NCBI GenBank assembly: GCA_048885865.1
Contig: JBHLLF010000045.1
Location: 1 to 20,643, forward strand
Direction: 5' to 3'
DNA from: Candidatus Hermodarchaeota archaeon
GTDB lineage: Archaea > Asgardarchaeota > Thorarchaeia > Thorarchaeales > Thorarchaeaceae
Length of the DNA: 20,643 nucleotides
The notes under the pieces are model-generated. The model was not told the origin of the DNA. It was given only the letters and a program-made list of their open reading frames with translations, and made no database searches. The translations under genes and the position numbers were made by a program. Shown here one piece after another: positions 15,556 through 20,643 of this stretch (positions within the stretch are counted from its first letter, which is position 1; each line of letters starts with the position of its first letter).

Positions 15556-16242
15556 ATGAGTGATACTGTGTCAATTGGTTCTGAAAACCGGCGGAAAGTC
15601 AATGCTGTCTGCAAGCTGCTGACTCGGGAGTATGGCGACATCATTGTCGAACGCGCATTGGATCCTCTTGAGGAATTGGTCTTTGCTATTCTGTCCCAGA
15701 ACACTACCGATGTCAATTCAGGACGCGCCTTCAGCTCGTTGCGGGCCTCCTATGCCACTTGGGAAGAAGTCCTAGAAGCACCGCACAGCGAGCTCGCTCA
15801 AGTCATAAGGTCTTCTGGCCCATTTAGAGTCAAGGCAGAGAGGATTCAGTCAACACTCGCAGAAATAAAGAAGCGAGTTGGATCGCTTGATCTCTCATTG
15901 CTCAAGGAAATGGAATCCTCTGAAGCAATGCATTGGCTAACATCCCTACACGGAGTGGGGCCCAAGACAGCTGCTATTGTCCTATTGTTTTGCTTCGAAA
16001 AACCAGTCCTGCCGGTGGACACCCATGTATGGAGAGTGTCGAAAAGACTGGGATTAGTACCCAGCAATGCTACAAGAGTGAAAGCACAAGATATGCTGCA
16101 AGATATCATTCCGTTGTCCTGCCTCTATTCAATGAATCACAATCTTGTTAGGCATGGTAGGGAAGTCTGTATTGCTAGAACGCCACGATGTACAGATTGC
16201 TTTCTGCAGAAACACTGTAGATATTTCGAAACCCTACATTGA
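15556..16242 (+). CDS. nth: Endonuclease III (HhH-GPD DNA glycosylase/AP lyase, [4Fe-4S])
   Basis: ILSQNTTD, HhH LHGVGPKTA with catalytic Lys, PVDTHV and C-x6-C-x2-C-x5-C. CTTAAG TATA-like box at 15517-15522. Confidence 0.93.
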   Translation: MSDTVSIGSENRRKVNAVCKLLTREYGDIIVERALDPLEELVFAILSQNTTDVNSGRAFSSLRASYATWEEVLEAPHSELAQVIRSSGPFRVKAERIQSTLAEIKKRVGSLDLSLLKEMESSEAMHWLTSLHGVGPKTAAIVLLFCFEKPVLPVDTHVWRVSKRLGLVPSNATRVKAQDMLQDIIPLSCLYSMNHNLVRHGREVCIARTPRCTDCFLQKHCRYFETLH

Positions 16243-16369
16243 TATCTGAAGACTACTTCCCTCCATTATCCAGAAAGCATGGAGCACCATCATATCAACA
16301 CCTTAAAATGTGACCAAATTTCATCGCCCGCGCATTGAGCAGGAACTAGAATCGGAGTGAAACTAAAAC

Positions 16370-17767
16370 TTGCAGGAAGCCATACCATCTGAGATACTGT
16401 TCTTGATTGGAGCAGCTATAGTCTTCTCATTCGGTGGAGCAGTGATTATGAGGAAGCTGGGCATTCCCCAGACTCTTGGCTTCATGCTTGTTGGAATTGC
16501 GCTGGGTATTTTCGGAATTGCAAATGAAGAATTGGTACATAGTCTTAGACTAATCGTTTCTCTGGCGCTGGGACTGATAGGTTATAACATTGGACACGAA
16601 CTGAGAAGTGATGAGTTAGAGGGACGTATCCCTAAGCTTGCGGTTATCGTGATATTTGAAGCAACAGCTGCATTTCTTCTTGTGGCCATTGTTACCTACA
16701 TAGTCGTTCAGCAATGGCATGTTGCCTTGCTACTCGGTGCTCTCGCAAGTGCAACTGCCCCTGCTGCAACGGCTGATGTTGTGTGGGAACACGAATCAGA
16801 AGGCGAACTCTCGTCATCTCTTATGTTTGTACTTGCAGCTGATGATATTGCCGCAGTCATTCTTGTAAACTCCGCCATGTCCTACGCGCTCTGGATATTC
16901 ATCCCAGATACAACGACACTGTTGGAGGTCATTCTTGTCCCTCTTGTCGAGATTGGTGTTGCTGCTGCATTGGGCGCTGTATTCGCTTTTGTGTTTCTAA
17001 GGTTCGTGAATAGAGAACGAGATCGAGGAAAACTCCTTGAACTCGAACTGGGACTAGTCATCTTCCTGATTGGACTATCGCTTGTCCTCGGAGTCAGCGA
17101 AATCTTCTCCTGCATTGTTTTCGGTTTCCTTGTTGGCAAATACATCGATCCTGACAAGGAGCCAGTCCCCGTGCTCGTTGAGAGAATTATGTCGCCTATT
17201 GTTATGATATTCTTCGTTCTAGTTGGGGCTAGGATGGCTCACTTGCTCTCAGTTCAGGCAACATTGGCATTGATAATAACAACCGCGATATTATATCTTG
17301 CAGGCCGTACGATAGCCAAATACTTTGGCGCCCGAATTGGAGCAACAATCGTGGGTGAAAGCGAGAAAATACGGAAATATCTCGGTTCCAGTCTGTTCTG
17401 CCAAGCTGGTGTTGCCCTTGGCCTCTCATTCCTTGTCGAGGAAACCTTCGTTTCTCTTGGCGGAGAGGCTGCTTCTATTGGTGCATTAATACTGGGAGTA
17501 GTTGCTGTTTCGACCATAGTTCTTGAGGCCGTGGGTCCTATTGCTGTGAAGCATAGTCTCAGGCAAGCCGGTGAGCTCCCAGAAGGTGAAGAATATCTTG
17601 AGCCTCATGAGATCACTACGATTGCCAGATGTGGCGTAGACTTCATCAATTGCAAGCAAATTGAGCAATTGTGCAAAGATTGCCCTCATTGCGAAGAAAT
17701 GGCTGATGAGGATGAATTGCCAGATAGGCCCTCAGAGCCCACCGAAGAGGGCTGGTTTGCGGACTAG
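16370..17767 (+). CDS. Cation:proton antiporter (CPA2, NapA/KefB-like) with Cys-rich acidic C-terminal tail
   Basis: About 12-13 TM segments, IGHEL, LASATAPAAT, LAADDIAAV, IFFVLVGA, RTIAKY and QAGVALGL. TTG start supported by GGAGTGA at 16354-16360 and CCTTAAAA at 16301-16308. Confidence 0.92.
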   Translation: MQEAIPSEILFLIGAAIVFSFGGAVIMRKLGIPQTLGFMLVGIALGIFGIANEELVHSLRLIVSLALGLIGYNIGHELRSDELEGRIPKLAVIVIFEATAAFLLVAIVTYIVVQQWHVALLLGALASATAPAATADVVWEHESEGELSSSLMFVLAADDIAAVILVNSAMSYALWIFIPDTTTLLEVILVPLVEIGVAAALGAVFAFVFLRFVNRERDRGKLLELELGLVIFLIGLSLVLGVSEIFSCIVFGFLVGKYIDPDKEPVPVLVERIMSPIVMIFFVLVGARMAHLLSVQATLALIITTAILYLAGRTIAKYFGARIGATIVGESEKIRKYLGSSLFCQAGVALGLSFLVEETFVSLGGEAASIGALILGVVAVSTIVLEAVGPIAVKHSLRQAGELPEGEEYLEPHEITTIARCGVDFINCKQIEQLCKDCPHCEEMADEDELPDRPSEPTEEGWFAD

Positions 17768-17798
17768 TTATCAGGATGAAAAGTAGTTCAACTGAACC

Positions 17799-18092
17799 AT
17801 GTCTGAACGAAATTGTATTCGAGAGGAGTCCTGGCACATACTCTGTAGAGTTGTGAAGCAGGAAGGAACTTGTGGAGCAGGTCACAAAATCGGTGATGAG
17901 ATATTATTCACAGGGGATGAAGTGAGGGGGAAACTTTGCTTCAGCGCCCTATACTCAATGGTCCCGAAAGTCTACGCAATGATGTACAACGCACGTTTTC
18001 CATGGCTGAAAGACCAATGTGTGGCGACTCATGCGTGTCCGGATGGATTCAATCCTGTCATGTTCGAGATAATTAGAAAGGAACCAGAATAA
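17799..18092 (+). CDS. TIGR04076-like small Cys-containing protein
   Basis: GTCGAGHKIGDE, KLCFSALYSM.P and ACPDGFNPVMFEI fit the C..GHKxGD / C..A / CPD..NPVxFE pattern I recall for this family. Confidence 0.75.
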   Translation: MSERNCIREESWHILCRVVKQEGTCGAGHKIGDEILFTGDEVRGKLCFSALYSMVPKVYAMMYNARFPWLKDQCVATHACPDGFNPVMFEIIRKEPE

Positions 18093-18103
18093 CGAATTAT
18101 GCC

Positions 18104-18466
18104 TTACAATTCATCCATTGGTATCTCATCGTATTCATCTTGAGAGTCATCCATCAATGGAGCGAAAGCCCCTTTCATGTCTTCAAGGACTGCATCAGGA
18201 TCGGGTCTATTACTCATAATTGTGATAGACCGTCCGTACCACCCGCAATCAAGACAGTAGAAGGCAGGTTGGAAACTCCCGATGTATCCCAAATCATAGT
18301 ACGATGTCAAATCAACTAATCGTGGACTCTTGCAGTTGGGACATATAGGAATGTCTGCAGATATTCCCCGACGTTTAAACTCGTCAAGAGCTTCTCTGAC
18401 CGCTTTCATCCTCTTCAGCTCTTCAAGTTCCTTTCTAGAAAGCTGACCAGATTCCTGCCTTTCCAT
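18104..18466 (-). CDS. Zinc-ribbon protein (CPNC...CLDC)
   Basis: Two CxxC knuckles, an N-terminal charged helix and an acidic tail. Confidence 0.8.
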   Translation of the reverse strand: MERQESGQLSRKELEELKRMKAVREALDEFKRRGISADIPICPNCKSPRLVDLTSYYDLGYIGSFQPAFYCLDCGWYGRSITIMSNRPDPDAVLEDMKGAFAPLMDDSQDEYDEIPMDEL

Positions 18467-18534
18467 GGGGTGAGCCTCAAGTTAATGCTGATTGATTCGC
18501 TTTTACACATTATGTTGGATGCGCTGATGTACTA

Positions 18535-18960
18535 TCACCAGAATATGGTATATGCTAAAACGCCCAAAGCAAATGTGGCAATCCAGAGGATGAGGATTAG
18601 TATCATCAATGGTCTTGTACGTTTTAATAGTTTCAGTGGCATATCCCTTCTCACAACAAACACAATAGACACAATGATACTCAGTGCTACTGCAATGAGA
18701 CCGAGTGTGTCATGAAGAATCTGATGCCAGCTATTAGCAAAATCATCAAAGTAGCCGAATGATGCCAAGTTGATAGCTTGAGGTATCATCCACAAGCCAA
18801 CAATCAATGAGTTGACCAGGACAATCGAATATATCGCCCTGTGATGGACTCTAAAGTCCAGCCTACGTGCCCCATAAAGCCATCCAATAAGAAGCACTAT
18901 GATCATCAGCACTTCTATTATCAATGCACTTGTTGCGACTACATACAGGTCTATTTGCAT
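18535..18960 (-). CDS. 4-TM membrane protein, DUF420-like, with His residues
   Basis: Four hydrophobic helices with RVHHRAI and WHQILHDTLG. ATG 18960 preferred because GGTGA lies at 18969-18973 (track start GTG 18972). Confidence 0.65.
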   Translation of the reverse strand: MQIDLYVVATSALIIEVLMIIVLLIGWLYGARRLDFRVHHRAIYSIVLVNSLIVGLWMIPQAINLASFGYFDDFANSWHQILHDTLGLIAVALSIIVSIVFVVRRDMPLKLLKRTRPLMILILILWIATFALGVLAYTIFW

Positions 18961-18964
18961 TAGA

Positions 18965-19720
18965 TTATTCACCGTCCTTTGATACTATTTTGCTGACACT
19001 ACCGCTGATAGTGAATGTGCTGGATTCAAGATTGGTTTCTCTCCCTTCATGTGCTGCAACTATTGCTGAGGCTATCATTCCCCAAGGGCAAAACCGTACA
19101 TGGAGGCTTCGATACGCATCAGAGTCATGGATTCTGGAAAACTCACACTTGTTTGTAGCAACTGTAATGCCATTTTTGCCAAGACTTACTCGTGCATATT
19201 TCACAAAGCCATGCTCCTTGAGGAACCGGGCATAAGACTGAAGCTTCTCCTGCAATGGAATATTGGGATCCATCAGTTCCATTGGCAGGTATGCTGATAG
19301 AATGTCAGCAACTCTTGTGAACATATAGTTCTTGATGGCTGACTCACCGAGTATCTTGATGAAGACGCTTTCATACCCAAAGATAGCCGCTCTGAGTTTC
19401 CATATGTCTTCCATAATTAGCTGGTGGGCTGAACCCTGTGCCCTTGCATCATCGACTTTCCGTTTGAAGTCCTTCAGAAACCTATCGAGCTCGCTTACAA
19501 GCTCATCGGCGTTGCTTCTCTCTGAGAATATCTCAGGAAGGAATTCTCTTACATAGTAGACCATCCTAGGTAAAACATGTTCCTCGAGCACATTTGGACC
19601 AATCAGCTCTATGCCAACCGCTTCATATGCATCTAGAATGCCCATGTAGAGGAAAACGGCATCAAGGGCACCAGCACCGTTGCCCATGAATAGATCCTTC
19701 GACATTGTTGCATCCGCCAT
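18965..19720 (-). CDS. V4R/MetOD1/Bet3-fold-like protein with duplicated N-terminal helical region
   Basis: C-terminal half FLKEHGFVKYARV..ITVATNKCEF..H...FCPWGMIASAIV....TNLESS has the V4R-like layout. aa 19-84 repeat aa 103-169. Confidence 0.65.
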   Translation of the reverse strand: MADATMSKDLFMGNGAGALDAVFLYMGILDAYEAVGIELIGPNVLEEHVLPRMVYYVREFLPEIFSERSNADELVSELDRFLKDFKRKVDDARAQGSAHQLIMEDIWKLRAAIFGYESVFIKILGESAIKNYMFTRVADILSAYLPMELMDPNIPLQEKLQSYARFLKEHGFVKYARVSLGKNGITVATNKCEFSRIHDSDAYRSLHVRFCPWGMIASAIVAAHEGRETNLESSTFTISGSVSKIVSKDGE

Positions 19721-19779
19721 TGACCAGCTGATTTCATCACCAGTGAAATGACACTAAAAACAGTTCCCTTCAGAGAGAA

Positions 19780-20643
19780 TCATAGGTGTTGCAGAACTTC
19801 TAGCGTCATCCTATCAGAGCTAGTCCTACTTAAGCTAAGCTCTTTCACCGGTTTGCCCTTTGTGATGACCTCGAAGCCCTCGAAGCTTCTCCGTGTCACC
19901 GACTTGAAGAAGCCATCAAGATTGTTTGCTAGTGTGGATACAAATACCGTGCTTACAGAGGGAAGCCTAGAACCTTCTTCCTGAATCATGGTGCCGTCAT
20001 TTTTGAAAACTGCTCTGCTTAGAACAGTTGGAGATGGACTCAAGGTAGCTAAGGAACTGGTGGTAGCATGATAACAGACATTCGCGGCAGCATCCAAGAC
20101 ATCTCCTTTAGATGTCCTCATCGCGCCGCTAGTGACACTGAGGAGGTTTCCACTCCAGCAAGTTGCAACAACATAGCCTGATGTGTGAAGCGTGAAGTAG
20201 TTGTAACTCTCAGCGACTTCAAGTTTCGAGAGTGTTCTAAGTAAAGTTGAGTGTGCCAGTAGAAACTCTCTGACCTGGTCTTCTCTGAAGAGCGGCTTTG
20301 GTCTAGCGAATTTAGCAACGACTTCCTTGCTCTCTGAGTCGAGAAGAAATGCAAGAGAAATATCGGTTCTACTTGCTAGTACTTCGTTTATGTATGCATC
20401 TAGATACTCAGTACCAAAGAGTTGAGCCGAGAGAGTCCCAATGCGATTTCTAAATTCCTCCTTCAGTTCCGGTTCAAGCTGAATCCCCGTTCTAGGGATA
20501 TCAAACTCTTCTATAATCTCCTGGGCTCTCTCTAACGCCTCTCTTGCAACGCGTTCAGAGGCACGTCTATCGAAAACCCCTACTGTGACTAGGCCCGATT
20601 CGGGATTAGAAACGAATAAGATGTACTCTGTTTCTGTCGAGAG
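19780..20643 (-). CDS. 5'-truncated multidomain protein (at least 287 aa) with longin-like and roadblock-like segments
   Basis: Manual translation shows the frame of track ORF 19780..20121 is open to the window edge: LSTETEYILFVSNPESGLVTVGVFDRRASERVAREALERAQEIIEEFDIPRTGIQLEPELKEEFRNRIGTLSAQLFGTEYLDAYINEVLASRTDISLAFLLDSESKEVVAKFARPKPLFREDQVREFLLAHSTLLRTLSKLEVAESYNYFTLHTSGYVVATCWSGNLLSVTSGAMRTSKGDV... The CDS is solid; domain calls rest on secondary-structure pattern only. Confidence 0.75.
   Translation of the reverse strand, partial: LSTETEYILFVSNPESGLVTVGVFDRRASERVAREALERAQEIIEEFDIPRTGIQLEPELKEEFRNRIGTLSAQLFGTEYLDAYINEVLASRTDISLAFLLDSESKEVVAKFARPKPLFREDQVREFLLAHSTLLRTLSKLEVAESYNYFTLHTSGYVVATCWSGNLLSVTSGAMRTSKGDVLDAAANVCYHATTSSLATLSPSPTVLSRAVFKNDGTMIQEEGSRLPSVSTVFVSTLANNLDGFFKSVTRRSFEGFEVITKGKPVKELSLSRTSSDRMTLEVLQHL

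Noticed and set aside
19731-19749. ATTTCA/TGAAAT inverted repeat around a GGTGA motif upstream of the V4R-like gene
   Set aside because: Only 6 AT-rich base pairs; expected by chance.
493-19984. Numerous antisense or alternative-frame ORFs in the track (e.g. 493..879, 1328..1840, 9072..9392, 10723..11097, 13319..13819, 14942..15289)
   Set aside because: They overlap well-supported genes, are Ser/Arg-rich shadows and show no recognisable motifs.
20118-20354. 78-aa minus-strand ORF, and 19780..20121 as a separate 113-aa gene
   Set aside because: The 19780 frame is open to the window edge, so the 113-aa ORF is the tail of a longer gene and the 78-aa ORF is an off-frame shadow, not a frameshift.
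1-20643. CRISPR arrays, tRNA/rRNA genes, transposases, integrases, defence systems
   Set aside because: No regularly spaced repeats, cloverleaf or such protein motifs were seen by eye; intergenic gaps are short.

Overview
Gene-dense archaeal chromosomal window. Evidence for archaeal origin: archaeal-type uS19, a histone-fold gene, TATA-like boxes and GG(A/T)GTGA Shine-Dalgarno motifs. A longin/roadblock-like ORF, a V4R/Bet3-fold-like ORF and a DPM2-like membrane protein suggest an Asgard archaeon, possibly Thorarchaeia (inference, not verified). Left to right: partial rps19 (uS19), TPR protein, phosphohexomutase (GlmM/PMM), membrane hypothetical, acyltransferase-3, DPM2-like small membrane protein, etfB plus ferredoxin-fused etfA, an internally duplicated membrane protein, a short (face-to-face-type) histone, an ArsR-like wHTH regulator with long low-complexity arms and its coupled partner, a heterodimeric ABC exporter, flavodoxin, endonuclease III, a CPA2 antiporter with a Cys-rich tail, a TIGR04076-like protein, and a minus-strand run (Zn-ribbon, DUF420-like, V4R-like, and a 5'-truncated longin/roadblock-like multidomain ORF that the ORF track captured only in part). 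I saw no rRNA, tRNA, CRISPR array or mobile element. All family assignments are by-eye motif recognition without database searches.
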